Positions 1 to 12,900 of a DNA stretch of 64,000 bases are shown here, piece by piece (within the stretch, counting starts at the first letter, position 1; each line of letters begins with the position of its first letter). Source of the stretch: Bilabrum cf. latius (Eukaryota); the NCBI GenBank assembly GCA_965178125.1, contig OZ237737.1:1054001-1118000 (forward strand), given 5' to 3'. The translations under genes and the position numbers were made by a program. The notes under the pieces were generated by a model. It was given only the letters and a program-made list of their open reading frames with translations. It was not told the DNA's origin and ran no database searches.

Positions 1-10
1 TAATTTCCAG

Positions 11-1558
11 GATGACATGAAGAACGTGGGGCAGAGGTACCAGGCAGAGCTGGATCGAGAGAAGACCCAGCTGAGCATCGAGAAGGAGGAGCTCGAGGAC
101 CTGCAGCGGGAGTTCGGCGAGAGGCTCGCGGCCATGGAGGTGGCTCACCGGTCCGAGATGCAGAAGCGCGAGGCCGTGTACCAGGGATCGATCATGGAAG
201 AGGTGAAAAAGTACCAGGAGCTCGCAAGGGAGGTGGATAGGACGGCGGATGACCAGCGGAGCAGGAGACGAAAGCAGCTGCAGTCCCACAGAGAGGAAGT
301 TGCCGCGCTCACTGATAGGTACGAGAAACAGTTGGAAGCCGCTCGCAAGAAACGAATCGGGATGGAGGAAGCGAACGCCGGCCTGCTGCGCGACTGGTCC
401 GAAACAGAGGGGCAGATGACGGGGGATCTCGACGACGAGGTGGCGGAGATCAAGAAGCAGTACGAGGCGAAGCTGGAGCAGGAGAAGCAGATGATCCTGA
501 AGAACAAGAGCAAGTCTGGTGTGCTCAAGAAGAAGTTCGAGGTGCTCCGGCAGGAGTTGGATGACCAGGAGGAGGAGATGGCGGGCCTGCACGAGACGCA
601 GGAGAGTCTCCGTCTGCAGATCCAGACGCTCACCAAGGAGGTGCAGGTCCTCTCGGACATGATCGTGCAGAAGGACTCCAAGATCGGCGACAAGGAGAAG
701 CAGATCTACGACTTGAAAAAGAAGAACCAGGAGCTGGAGAAGTTCAAGTTTGTGCTGGACTACCGCATCAAGGAGCTCAAGCGACAGATCGAGCCGCGGG
801 AGCGTGAGATCCGGGCCCTCAGGAAGCAGATCAAGGAGGTGGATGCAGAGCTCGAGGAGTACCACGCGCTCAACGCTAGGCTTGACGAGAAGATTGGCGA
901 CCACCGGAAGGAACTGGGGGAGAAGACCAAGCAGCTGAACTAGGCGCAGCAGAGGCTAGCGGAGCGGATCGCCAGCCGGGACGCGCTGCTCGCCGACTTG
1001 GAGACGATCAGCGGGATCGTGCTGGAGCACGACCAGCTGTCCAAGCGAGTGCGTGAGATGTGCGACTTGCATGTGCCGAAGGGTCTCGTGGTTCCGAAAG
1101 AGTCGGACGAGGTCAAGGGCGAGTACGAGCGGCAGTCCAAGTATCTCGAACAGTCCGTGTCGGCCCTGCGAAAGAAGATTGGCAGAGACGAGGCGGCCAA
1201 CCGCGCGGAGAGCCTCCGAATCATGCAGCACAACATGAGGCTCATTCAGGAAATATCGGCTCTGCGAGCCGAGGTGCAGAAACTCAAGGCGAGACGATAG
1301 GAGATCCGGATGGGTCGGAGCGGCAGACCGGCAGCCAGCGATGGCGCCAAGGGGGCCGCAGGTGGTGGAGCAGGCTCTGCCACCGCATCAGGCGCGACCT
1401 CGGCCGCCGCGCAGAGCGCTAGAGCGTTGGATTTGTTGTCAAAGGTGGAGTCTGCAGAGGAGGAAGAAAGGAAGCTGAGCGAAGCGGCCGAGGTGTTGGA
1501 GCAGGCCCTGCTGCTTGCCAAGCCAGTCTCGGCTGCCGGCGCTGCTGGCACGATGTAA
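11..1558 (+). CDS. CFAP57: Cilia- and flagella-associated protein 57 (WDR65), last exon, 5'-partial; TAG read through at 941 and 1298
   Basis: Acceptor ...ttccag ends at 10. Coiled coil with the conserved IYDLKKKNQELEKFKFVLDYRIKELKRQIEPRE. ORFs 17-943, 998-1300 and 1310-1558 are one frame joined across TAGs and end at TAA. Confidence 0.88.
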
Positions 1559-1677
1559 TTGGAACTGACAAGAAAAATGCTTGCTGGTTAAAGACCGACC
1601 AGCATAAGCTGCGCGCAATCCTAGATCCCACGTGCTTCTGAGTTCAATGGTCTGACTCCACTATGGCCAGTGGCCAG

Positions 1678-3658
1678 TCACCCCACAAGCTTGCCAAACT
1701 GTGTCTGCAAATACGCCACAAACTGCTAGGCTGCCTGCGCCACGGACTGCGGTGGATGTGCTCGAATCATCCTCATGTACTCGATGCGCGCCGTTCGCAG
1801 CTGCGATGCCGTGGCTCGTCGCAGCATCCTCAAGTGGGTGACGGCACCCCGCCGGGCAGCCTTGCCTGACGGCGCCGCACCGCATGCTGCCAAGTCTATG
1901 GCAATTGTCTGCCCAGGGTCAGCCAACGCAGCTTTGGCGGCAACCTGCCTGGCTACTTCCTCCACAACCCGTTCGATAGAGGAGGCAAGGGCCCCCGAGG
2001 CTTGTCCAGCTACGGAGACAGACATGTGCGGCTTGGGCGCAGCGGAGTCCAGCAGAGCGGCAACCACAGCGTCGACGACACCTTTCGGCGGGAACTCCGC
2101 GTTTTCTTCTGTGTCTTTGTCTCTTGCTGCCGAACCATGTCCAACTCCTTCTCCAGCCCCACCGGCAACGGCCAAATCACTCGCCACTCCGCTAGTGTCC
2201 GTGGGCTTGCCCCCCTTGCCGTCGTCCTTTCCGTCCATCTGCCCGATCAGCGCCAGTCTTTCTGCAGCGTCATCGTCGTCCCCTGCCCCGATGGCTGCAT
2301 CGGAGCCAATGCTGGCCGCCCCGACACTGCCACCACCGTCATCATCCACACTGCCACCACCGTCACCGTCACCGTCACCGCCAGACGCGCTCGTCCCACG
2401 GGCCGCTGCTTCCGCCGCCAGTCTCAGCCTATCCTCTGCAGTCTCGCCCTCCGCGAGTGCTGAAGCCTCGGCTACCCTATCTGCTTTGGCCACCATGGCC
2501 TCTTGTTTCCTGCGGAGCAACGCCTTGGATGGCTTGAACAACGAGCCGCCGATCTTGCGAGCACCTGCCCCGCCACCGAGCCTGCCGGATCCGGTGCTGG
2601 CCCGACCTGTCGCCCCGGCAGCCACGCTGCCTGTAGAGGCACCCCCTGCAGCCGCAAGCCTCGGGGGTGCTGCGCTGACTGCCCCCTCTTGGGCTCGCAT
2701 TGATCCGCTGCCTGCGTCCACGGCGGACAGGGCGCTGACGAACTCGCTGGCCGACCTGGATTGCATGAACGACAGCTTCCCGCCGCCATCGCCGCCATCC
2801 TCGTCCTCGTCATCTTCGAGGCCAGTTCCGCCAGCTGCCATTCCAAGGGAGTGCCCGACTTGCCGCTCGTGGCCGGCGGGTCCATGCCCGTCATTCAGGC
2901 CACCCAGCACGCCCAGCCCCTGCCGCAGCGTGAACAGGGGCCGAGCCCATCGGTTCGATTCGTCTGGAACTTCAAAGCGCCTCCAAAGCTCTGTCATGCT
3001 GCGAAAACGAGTGTTACATACCAAAACATTCGAGTAGCACACACGGGTGCCATGCAGTCCCCAGCGGTAGAGAGCTGACGACCACGGATCTCACTCGTGC
3101 GGTTTGTATCCACCAGTACGTGCGGCATTCCACGCAATTGCAGCTCGACGCGGGGCAGTCACGTAAATCTGCGATACTTCATGAACGAATCTTTGTATGG
3201 AGACCTATTACTAGTCGGCATGATGCTCGGGTCCGTGGTGGGGCGTTCTCGCTCATTGGCTCACCACCGCTGACGTTGTCGCGTGCTCCTTGGCAGAGCA
3301 GTATAGCTAGTATCGGAACCCCTTTATGTAATTGATGGAATCAACTATAACTACAACGTCTTTCGACATGAGTCTAACCGCGGCGCTCTGCAGTCTACCT
3401 CTGGCTTCCTTTTCTCTTGTTGTTGCTGCGATACGAGAAACAGCCAAGCGCTAAATCTTGGTCCCCAATACCCATCCGTGCTATGATACACGCATGAGAC
3501 GATGTCTCACATGCATACGTTGTTGATCGATCAATTCCAAGCGTTTCCTCATTCAGGAGCTCGACTGTTGCCCCGCGAGAACGTAACGCAGCGGCGACTG
3601 TCTCAGCCACTTTCGTCTTGCCAGTGCACGGGTGACCACAAACAATAAGCAGTGGCAT
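1678..3658 (-). CDS. KTI12: KTI12 (Elongator-associated P-loop protein), 4 exons, long low-complexity insert
   Basis: MPLLIVCGHPCTGKT P-loop, then DSINYIKGFRY*LYC (TAG 3307-3309), then RRFEVPDESNRWARPLF, and C-terminal QQFVAYLQTQF after reading through TAG 1726-1728. GTGAG...GCAG introns; stop TGA 1678-1680. Confidence 0.9.
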
Positions 3659-3835
3659 GCTGTGGTTTTTTGTGCTCCTGGCGCTCGTTTTGGGACCTTT
3701 GCAGTGGACCTTGCGCATGTGACGAGCTAGTCATCTAATACCAACAATTGCAGTCCATAAAGGCAGTTTTCCTGAGTAATTATTCTACACTGGTTACTTT
3801 AAGTGTATTTCTTTGCGTTAGTTGACCGTAGCGCT

Positions 3836-4167
3836 ATGGATAAGCTGAGAAAGTGCTTTGCGGGGATCGTGACGTACGCCGATTTCAAAGACTGCAGAGT
3901 GTTCAAGCCAAAGCTGGAGTGCACCCAGGCTATGAAAGAATATGTCAGGTGAGGGATCCTGCGTGGAAGAATCTCTGCAACCGGCTTCGTGTAATCATCG
4001 TATTCTGCCGGCACATGCTAATTGTGTATCACTGCAGCTGCATGCAACGAAACCAAGGAAGAAAACCTGACCGCTACGAGCCAGAGTATTGCGAAGAAGA
4101 GAGACAGCTTTACAAGCTTTGCCGGGACGAAGTTAAGGGAGTGGTTGACGATGACAGCGATGAGTGA
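3836..4167 (+). CDS. Small twin-CX9C protein (80 aa), probable mitochondrial intermembrane-space protein; intron 3949-4037
   Basis: The spliced product contains CTQAMKEYVSC and CEEERQLYKLC (two CX9C motifs). GTGAGG donor, CTGCAG acceptor, TGA stop. Confidence 0.7.
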
Positions 4168-4881
4168 TTCATCACTGACTGGTGCCAGCCGATGGTTGTA
4201 CTATCGATGGACAAGGCAGGGAAGCTGCCTGTCACCCGCCTCACGACACAAAGTAGTAGTATATATTTGTAGTGATGTACTGCCCTGGGGTGCAAGCCGG
4301 TGCGATGGGCCGCCGTCGATGCGATGCCTGCAAGGGCCTCATGGCGGTGCCGTGGACATGCTGATTGCGTGCCTGGCTTTTCCCGTAGCAATGTACCCCC
4401 AGGTACCGGGTGCATCTCTGAGGCAACATCCTGGTGCAACGAAACGTGGCGTCTGTATGATTCACGAGGCAGTCGAAGGGGCAGTGAGCTAGCAAGTCGC
4501 GCAACGCAACGCGGGGGCTCAGCAGAGGCTCCAGCCACGCCTCCGCGGGTCTGCAGGCCACCGACCTCAGCAGTCTCTCCTGGAAGATGCGAACCTTCCC
4601 ATGGGCGCCGGGCTTCTTGCCGCTGTCCACGCTCCCGGCGGGAGAGGGTGAGGGGGCATTGCTCGCCACCGTCTTGAGGTCCAGTGCTAGCACAAAGCTT
4701 GCAATCTCAATCTCATCAGGACATCAGCTTGCGGCAGAAGGTATCAGTGCTTTTACTCAGGCATGCTGGGCTCGCGTGCGTGAGCGCCAGCAACCGAGGA
4801 ACTTCCCAGAGCTTTCTTGGAATGTTCGGCGGTGGATCATTTTTGCACATTGTTGTTGCAACACTTGGGAGTGTTTCCGAC

Positions 4882-5346
4882 ATGGTAATCCGTAGTACTA
4901 GAGAATGGGTAGCGCTACTGTATGCGTTCATGTGCGGATGCGTGATCGTTTTCCAAGTGTGCTTGATTGCCGGGGCCCCATGGGGTCGAATCACCCAAGG
5001 CGGGCAGATTTCAGGCGCTCTGCCGACATCGGGCAGAATCGCTGCAGGAGTATCAATATTAATTTTACTATTTTTTGCGTATTCAGTCCTCAGCCGAGCG
5101 AAGCTCGTGGCTGCCTGGCCAAGCTGGACTGCAGTGGCAACATTGATTGTGTAGAGCATTTCGATGTTCTTGAACTGGATCACCCCTTCAGAGCCGGAGA
5201 GGATGCTTTGGGGACCAATAACTACGATCATGTTTGCGCTGGTGTGTGCCAGTATTTTCGCGTGGCGGCAGGATGAAAGCACTGGCAGCCGACCGAGTGC
5301 TGGAACCCCGCCCAGCAGAAAAGGACAGAAGAGCACCGCATCGTGA
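4882..5346 (+). CDS. Intronless ~4-TM membrane protein (154 aa) resembling bacterial hypothetical membrane proteins
   Basis: FQVCLIAGAPWGRITQGG...LNWITPSEPERMLWGP. ORFs 4684-5154 and 5164-5346 are in frame across TAG 5152-5154; TGA stop. Confidence 0.7.
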
Positions 5347-5629
5347 TTGCGTTAAACGGCAGTTGAACTCGTCTGATACATAGGTATGTACACTACGGGT
5401 GGAGCGTTACACCAAAAGCTGTGCAACCAACCATTGTGTCGCAGGCATCAGCAGCCAAGCTCGAGTGAGACAATTTGTCGTTAGTGTCGCCCTTCCGTCG
5501 AGAACAACGCTCCTTGCACTGCCATTGGTTGAACTCAATTTGCTGCAGCATTCTTCAATCAATCCCAACCAGCGCTGTGCTAGACAACGCGATTAGCAAC
5601 ACCAATGCTCGCCGCACAACTAGCAGGGA

Positions 5630-6361
5630 TCACTGGCGCGCGCCAGCCTTTGCGATGCGCTTCGTCAAGTTGCCTCCCTGCCTACCAGACAGCTGCGTGA
5701 TATCCATGTCATCATCGTCGTCGTCATCGGGGGAGGAACTCCCTCCGCCAGAGACGGGCGCTGCCTTGCTGGCCTCACCACCCTTCTTGCCCCCCTTCTT
5801 TGCTTTCTTCTTCCCCTTCTTGCTGGCCTCTGCCAGTGCCGCCTCCCTCTTCTCAGACTTCTTCTTCTTGTTCTTTTTCTTCTGCTGCTGGGCGCGCTCT
5901 CGCTGGCGTTCCTGCGACACGTTGGACAGTCATGGCCAAAAAGTCAGACGAGTGCAGATCAGGCCTTTGGCAGGGATGGGCAGGAGCACAGGAACGGAAC
6001 GGGGATACTTTACACAGAATATGAAATCGGTCACTTGTCTCACCAGTTCTCTTTCGTGATCCAGCAGGGCCGCAACTTCCTGCAGTTGCTTCTCCCTTTC
6101 AACCTTCTCTTCTTTAGACTCCTCTACAACATCAGGCCCCTTCTCTTTCTTTGTGATGACTTTCTAGAAGTACTGATAAACCACTACGCCAGCTCCGATT
6201 ACGACGACCGTGCTAAGGTACCATGGCAGCAAATTGACAACAATGGCTAGGGAAATCACCAGTGCCAAAGGCGCGATGAAGTGAATGTTTTCCTTCGCGA
6301 TCTTCTAGACTGTAGCCCATCCCTTTGAGGGTTTGCTATCATGCGAGTCACTGGAAGCCAT
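5630..6361 (-). CDS. Hypothetical membrane-anchored, Lys-rich coiled-coil protein (199 aa); intron 6043-5912
   Basis: MASSDSHDSKPSKGWATV*KIAKENIHFIAPLALVISLAIVVNLLPWYLSTVVVIGAGVVVYQYF*KV..., spliced in phase 0 (GTGAGA/TCGCAG) to ERQRERAQQQKKK...; TGA stop. Confidence 0.7.
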
Positions 6362-6904
6362 CGCGATTTGCGTATTCTGGTTGCCGCACAAGCTGCGCGG
6401 TGTTCGGCTTGCATCCACACACACGTTACTTTGAACATTATACCGGAAAGACTGGCTTAGGAACGGCATCTTGTTTCGAGTTTCCTCGGTTTTCCCGTTG
6501 GTATCTCGAGCAACTAGCGCCAACACTTGTTGGCTTTTACCATAGTTGTGCTTCGGACCTTGCGGTGAGAATGAAATATTCGGTGATACTACATGCAGGG
6601 GGACAGTTCTGGTGCCAAGATCGCAACCGCAAGTGTGCAGCCCTACTCAGCCGTTTCTTGGATTTTGCATTGGTGCCTGGCGCTGGTTTTGCCTTTATCC
6701 TAGTGTTACTCGTTTGTTCTGCTGTCAACTGCGTGTTTGTGCCGCTAGTTGTGTCCCCAATCATGTGCCTTCACCAGTTGTGTTGTCGATCCCTCCTTTT
6801 TCTCGGTTGTTTGCCCGCAGCCCGAAGTACACACGGCTTTTAACTTGGCCAAGAAGCAGGTTAGGCGCAGCTAGGCGCAGCAACTGGCCTTGATACGTTT
6901 CGAC

Positions 6905-9900
6905 ATGTCGAAACCAGCCGAAGAGAAGGAACTGCCGAAGGGCGCCACGGAGTACCTGGGTCTGGAGCACGAGAAGCGCGATTTCACGACCGTGGCTTCC
7001 TAGTCACTCGCATCATCAGATGCTGTCGTTGATTCGCTTGTCGCACCTGGGGCGGAGCGCAACCTGCTGGAGGGCGCCGAGCACGTGTTCAGCAGCGCAA
7101 GCAAGTCTCACTTGAAGCAGCGCACCAAGGACCTCGAGCTCCTCCTCTCCGCCGGCGTGCGCGAAGGAAAAGGCAGCAGTGGATAGAACACCATGCGCCG
7201 ATTCGTGGAGAAGCTGGCGTCCTCCCTGGGAGAGGCCTCCGACTTCGACCGGTGGTTCGCCCGCCGGCTCGTCCTCAGCGAGATGGTAGCCTCGCGCGTG
7301 GACGCAGAGAGGAAGGCGGCCCGCCGGCCCCATCTGCCCGTCCGCATGGTCGGTGAGGTGGGAGGCCCGACGCACCAATCGCACGAGCTGGTGCTGCAGA
7401 CCCTCGCGTCGCTGGTTAGGGCAGCCCCCGTGGACGACCCGTCCATGGTGGGGGAGCCTCTCGAGGAGCTCCAGGAGTTCGCCGAGGAATTCAAGCCGCA
7501 GGAGCTCTTCAAGGACTGGTCCCCCGCCAGGCTTCCACCGGAGCAGCAGCTGGATACGGAGGGCGCCCGCTGCCAGGCCACGAGGGGTGCCGATACGGCG
7601 GGTGACTGCCTCGCCATGGTCGACGGGACTGTGGGGCTGCCCAGGGACTCGGAGTCGGACCGGGACAACAACGGGTGGTCCACCGGCAAGCTGACCACAA
7701 TGCCCACGGAGGGCGCCACGTGGACCGTCTGGCTGCGCGACTCGTCCACCATCGCCTCCCTGGAGCTGGATTTCTCGGACCCGCCCCAGAGCGTGGACGT
7801 GCAGGTGTACATGGCGCCGGCCCGCGTGTTCAAGTCCAGGAAGGGGATCTCATCGGAGGACGACGAGATCATCGACGACTAGGACTGGCGCAGCGTCGCC
7901 AGCAAGAAGCTGCCCACCGCCGTGCTTGAGGCGGACGGCATTCGGGTGAAGGGGTGGGCCGTGAAGCTACCCATGGGCTGCGTGACGGCATCCGGCGTGC
8001 GCGTGACCTGCCATGGGTTCCACCGCTCCAACAAGCAGGGCAAGGTCGGCCTACGGAGGGTTTTCCTGCGTGAGCCGGAGGGCAAGGCCCACTTCCGCTC
8101 CACCCCCAGGGTGATTGGCGACCTGCAGACGTGGCTGCACCGGGCGAGCCAGATCCCCGACCTCGAGGAGAGCTCCCTGCGGACCTCGCTTGGCCTGGCG
8201 GTGGCCTCTGCCTCGCAGGCTTCCATGCTGCGGTTCTGCTCGGCGCTCCTCGGGCTCGAAAGCTCACCCTCTTCCTCTTCCTCCGGCTCCGGCGGCTCAT
8301 CCGGGGCCGCGTCTGGAGCAGGAGGTGACGCTGGTGCCAGCGTCGGGGGGGCCAAGCCACAGTGGATGAGGCTGATGAGCCCCAACATGCTCACTGCCGT
8401 TGACGCGGCATCGCGTGCGGTGCGGCAGGCGCGAGCTGCGGCCAAGGACCGGCTGCAGACGCTGGCAGAGGCTGACGACAGCGGCGAGGTGCTGTCTCTG
8501 GACGGCTGGATGCGCAACGCCGCCTTCGATCCCACGCTGGGGGGCAGCCAGCCGGCTGGATGGACCCTAGAGAGCGACACGAAGATCCGGTCCGTGAGCG
8601 GGAGCACGTAGATCTGCCCCGTCCGCCTCGGCAGCGGGCAGGAGAGCATGTCGAGCGGACAGTGGCGGTGGAGCATGAAGCTGGTGGAGGATGACCATTT
8701 CAACGAGTGCACCGCCTTTGGGATCGTGCGCTTCCCCGTGCGGACCAACAGCTACTCGACGCAGGGCGAAACCTGGTCTGTGCGAAGCTACAACGGGCAG
8801 TGCTACGGTTCGGACATGGCGCAGCGAAACGCCAAGCCGATCCGCAAGGGCACCACGACGATCTTTGAGCTGGACCTGGACGCCGGCACGCTGAGCATGC
8901 AGGCGGAGGGGCAGCCGATGGAGGTGATCTACAACAATCTGCAGGGAGGGGCCTACCTTCCCTTCGCGGGATCGTACACGCCTAACAGGGTGATCGAGCT
9001 GGAAAGGGTGGAGCGCATCCTGTCCCCAGCTGAGATCAGGGCGGCCGAGGCCGCCCTCGCGGCCGCCGAGGCGGCGGCCAACGGCGTGGGCGGGGAAGAT
9101 GACGACGGACTCGACGACGATGAGGCCCCGCCTCAGCCCGGCTCGCCTCCCGAGGCACCTTAGCCTCTGGACGCGCAGGACCAGGAGGCATCTGTGGAGG
9201 CACAGTTCGGAGCTGCCCTACGCGCCCTCACTGAGGGCGACATGCGCGTTCACTGGTATCTCGCTGGTGCCGCCCTCCGTATGTCTGACGGCGACCTGGA
9301 CAAAGCCAAGGAGCTCCTCGAGTCCGGTGAGGCCGGCGGTTCCGCCGAGCTGACGGAGCACAAGGAGCGCGTGAAGGAGTCGGAGGAAGCCGAAGCAAAG
9401 TACAGCAAAGAGAGGGAGGAGTGGGAGTCAAAGCGGGAGATTTACGAGGCCTACCAGCGGCTGCTGCAAGCCAAGGCTGCCAAGGCAGCCCAGGGGAAGG
9501 GCTCCGCCACAAGCGCCCGTACCGCCCTTCGCGAGGTGCTCCGCATCGTATCCAGGCTGGATTCGATCGCGGCAGTCTTCTGCCCCTACGACCCCGACGC
9601 CCAAGAGGCCATCACTGGTCGCAAGGCCGGACAGCGAGCTGCCGGAGAGGCGTCTGCTTCCACTGCAGGAGGCAAGGAGGCATCGCCTGAAGGCGCCGAG
9701 GACGGCGAGGACGCTGCAGCAGGCGCAGCTGCCAGCGGCGCGGGCAGCAGCAGCAACTCAAAGAAGGGCAGCAGCAAGAAGGGCAAGTCCTCTGAAGAAT
9801 CGGCTGTGGTCACTGCCAAGCGGCCCAAGAATGCCATGTCTCCCGAGGAGGCCATGGACCTGGAGGAGCCCTTCGGCATCATGGCCAGGGGCGAGACCTT

Positions 9901-12900
9901 CAAGATGCTGGGTGAGCTCCTCAATGCCGTGCTCCCCGTGGTCAAGGGCCACCCCGAGGCGCGCGCCAAGATGCCAAAGTCACTCGACAGCATGGACGAG
10001 GCGAGCGCGGCGGGCAAGGAGGAAGCCTCGATGGAAGAAGTCGTCCTGTCCGCCTGCACCCAGCTGAGCCTCAGGCTGCTGCACCTGGTGCGCGCCAACA
10101 TCGAGCGGCTGCAGCAGGCGCACGTCGATCCCTCGGAGGCGGGCATTCGCACCTCCGGGCCGCGCGCATCTCTGCGTTAGCTGAACGAGTGCCTGGGACG
10201 CATCCTGTCTTCCGACAAGGAGTACCCTCCCGTGCTGCAGCGGGCCGCAGTGGAGACCACCCGCGTGGGTCTGGAGGTACTGTATGGCACCGCTGAGCAG
10301 AGGGCAGAGCTGCTGGACAGCCTCATCACGCACCGAAAGAACGGCACGCTCTCGCCAATGCAGGCAGAGCTGCTGCTCCGGTGCCTGGAGCGCTTTTCTA
10401 CGCCCGAGGGTGTTGTGTCGCTTCTCCCGCCCACTCGCGCCGAGATCCGCCTTGCAAAGCGACGGCTCGAGGCGCTTCGTGGATCTGCTGCTGGCGAGGA
10501 GGGCGAGGCCGAGCAGGCTGCTGGCCCCGGCGACGGCGAGAAGCCAGAGGATGCCACTGGCGTGTTGTCACCGCCCCGCAACCAGCGCCGCGCCTCTTCC
10601 GCGGGTGCTGCTCAGGCGAGGCGCGCCGGCGACAAGGTCGGTGCTCTCGTCCGACAGCTGCTCGAGGTGGTGCGTGACGCGACGCTTAAGTCCGTGCGCG
10701 GGTCGGTGGCCGCCCTCGGCGGCGCCAGCACGGCCGGTGCGTCCAGCGACGACTCCGAGGTGGTGCACGACGAGCTGGCCGAGGCCCTGATGGAGCACGG
10801 CTCCAGGCTGCTGGGCGCATTCCAGAGGCACCTGGTGGAGATCGCTCGGTCGGAAGTGAGGGCCTCCGTGGAGGAGGGGCGTGACGCGGCTCGCGCTGCC
10901 GCCAAGAGAGTCGGCAAGGTTGCCGGGGAGTACGGCAGCGGCGTTCGTGCTATCGACGAGGTTAAGGACGAAGCAGAGGCACTCAAGCTAGACATCGCGC
11001 TGGTTGGCGAGTCGTGGGTGTCTCGGTCCAGCCTGGCCAACGCGCCGGCATGCGTTCTCTTGCGCGAGTACGTGCTGCTCGTGGCCTCCACCGCTCAGGA
11101 GGTCGTGGATCTATCCCACGAGACCGCTGCCGACATCCTCAAGCCCGATTCTCCCGCTGGCGCGGAGAAGCTCAAGGGCGGTGCGCTCACTCGCAGGCAC
11201 GCCGTGGCCCGTACCTGTGCCCATTTGCTGCGGCAGAGTCTCCTGGGGCAGCTGCTGCCCGCCCTGTCTCTGTCCCTGTACCAGCTGCGGGCCCAGCCTT
11301 GGCTCGCTGCTAGCGCGGTGCCTGGCCTGGTGCGCGTGGTGAGCGCTCTGGATCGTCTCAACGCCCACCTGCTGCCGGCCACTGTGCAGTCAGAGCGGGT
11401 GCTCAAGGGCCTGAACGACGAGCGTGCAGTGGAGTTTGCGCCCCCCAAGGCACTCCTCGTTGACGCGGACGCGGATGACGACGACAGCGATGACGAGCAG
11501 GAGGAGGAGGTGTTCGAACTTGAGGACGAGGACGAGGAGGACGAGGAGGAGGAAGAATTCGAAGACGAGGACATCGAAGATGGCGATGACGAAGACGACG
11601 AGGAGGCTGCCGCTGCCGCCGCGAAGGAAGCTGCGGCTGACGATCCCGCGGTGCAGACGTCCTCCTGGAGGTACCCTCAGGGCGACCTGCTGTACCGCGG
11701 GTTCGTCACCACCGGTGGAGACCGCCAGGACGTGTGGGTTCGCCTCCACGTGGAGCTTGATGAACGGGCGCTCGAGAGAACTCGCAAGGCCCGACAGCAG
11801 GCCGCAGAGCTCAAGAAGCGCAAGCGGCACGCCAAGGGCGGCGACCCGTGGGCCCGCATGGACGGCAGCAGGCTGCCTCTGTACCGGGTGTCTGGATACG
11901 GTGTGGTGCGCGAGGGGCCCCGACGGGTTGTTCTCCGTGGCTCTGCCACCGCTGCTGGGCGCGTCGCAGCCAAGCTGGAGTTCCTGCCGCTCCCCACTGA
12001 CGAACAGACGGGCGAGCGCCCGCCGCCGCCCGTCCTGCTGCTGGTCAGCGAGGCTGGCGAGTACGGCGAGGGCATCCGCGGCGCGTGCCTTCGCGCCGCA
12101 GACAGCGCCAAGCACGGCGACACGGACGCGAAGAAGGCGGCAGCGGCCGCCGCGGTGCCTTTCAAGGCTCGCGTGCCCAAGGTGCGCTGCAGCCCGGTGC
12201 CCAGCAACTCGTTGTTCAAGCGCGCGGAGGCAGACGCAGCGCTCGGCTTCTCCTTCTGGTTGGCAGAGCAGGACCAGACGCCAGGTTCAATCTCTGCTAT
12301 TCGCCGCGCGCAGGGATCGCTGAGCGCGACGGACGAGTCCCTGTAGAAGAAGGCCCTCGTCGGCGCAATCAACGAGGCTGTGCGCAACCATTCCGATCAG
12401 TCGGAGGGCGGTAACGACCTGCACGGGGCACTCTCTGGCTCAACACGCCACGACGTGCGCGATCCGATCCTGATCGTGGAGAGGATGCTGGTGGTTGCAG
12501 CGGCATCGGCCGCTCAGGAACTCGTGCGCGGCCCCCGCGTATCATACGAGGAGGAGCAGCTTCAGACCCTGCTAGGTTCGGCCATCGTCGCTGGTGGACT
12601 GCACCAGCGGTTCCTCCGCGGTGCCGAGGGTGACATCGCCACCGCCATCGCGAAGCCGGACGCAGACCTCGAGTAGGCTGCCTCTGTGATCGGAAGCAAG
12701 GCGCTGACTCCTTCGAGGGGGATCGGTCTGCCCCTGGAGTGGGTGGCAGCATACGATTCCGCTGTGGCCGGCAGGCAGCCGACTGCGGACGAGGTCCTGG
12801 ACGCCGAGTCCCAGTCTATGCCAGCGAGCCGCGGCGAACTGGAAGAAGACCGCTTCGCGTGGCGCATCTGCAAGGCGAAAGGCAAGGACAAGGATGCCAC

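Noticed and set aside
4110-4895. Overlapping 100-156 aa ORFs between the CX9C gene and the membrane protein
   Set aside because: No recognisable motif or consistent exon structure; I could not choose a frame.
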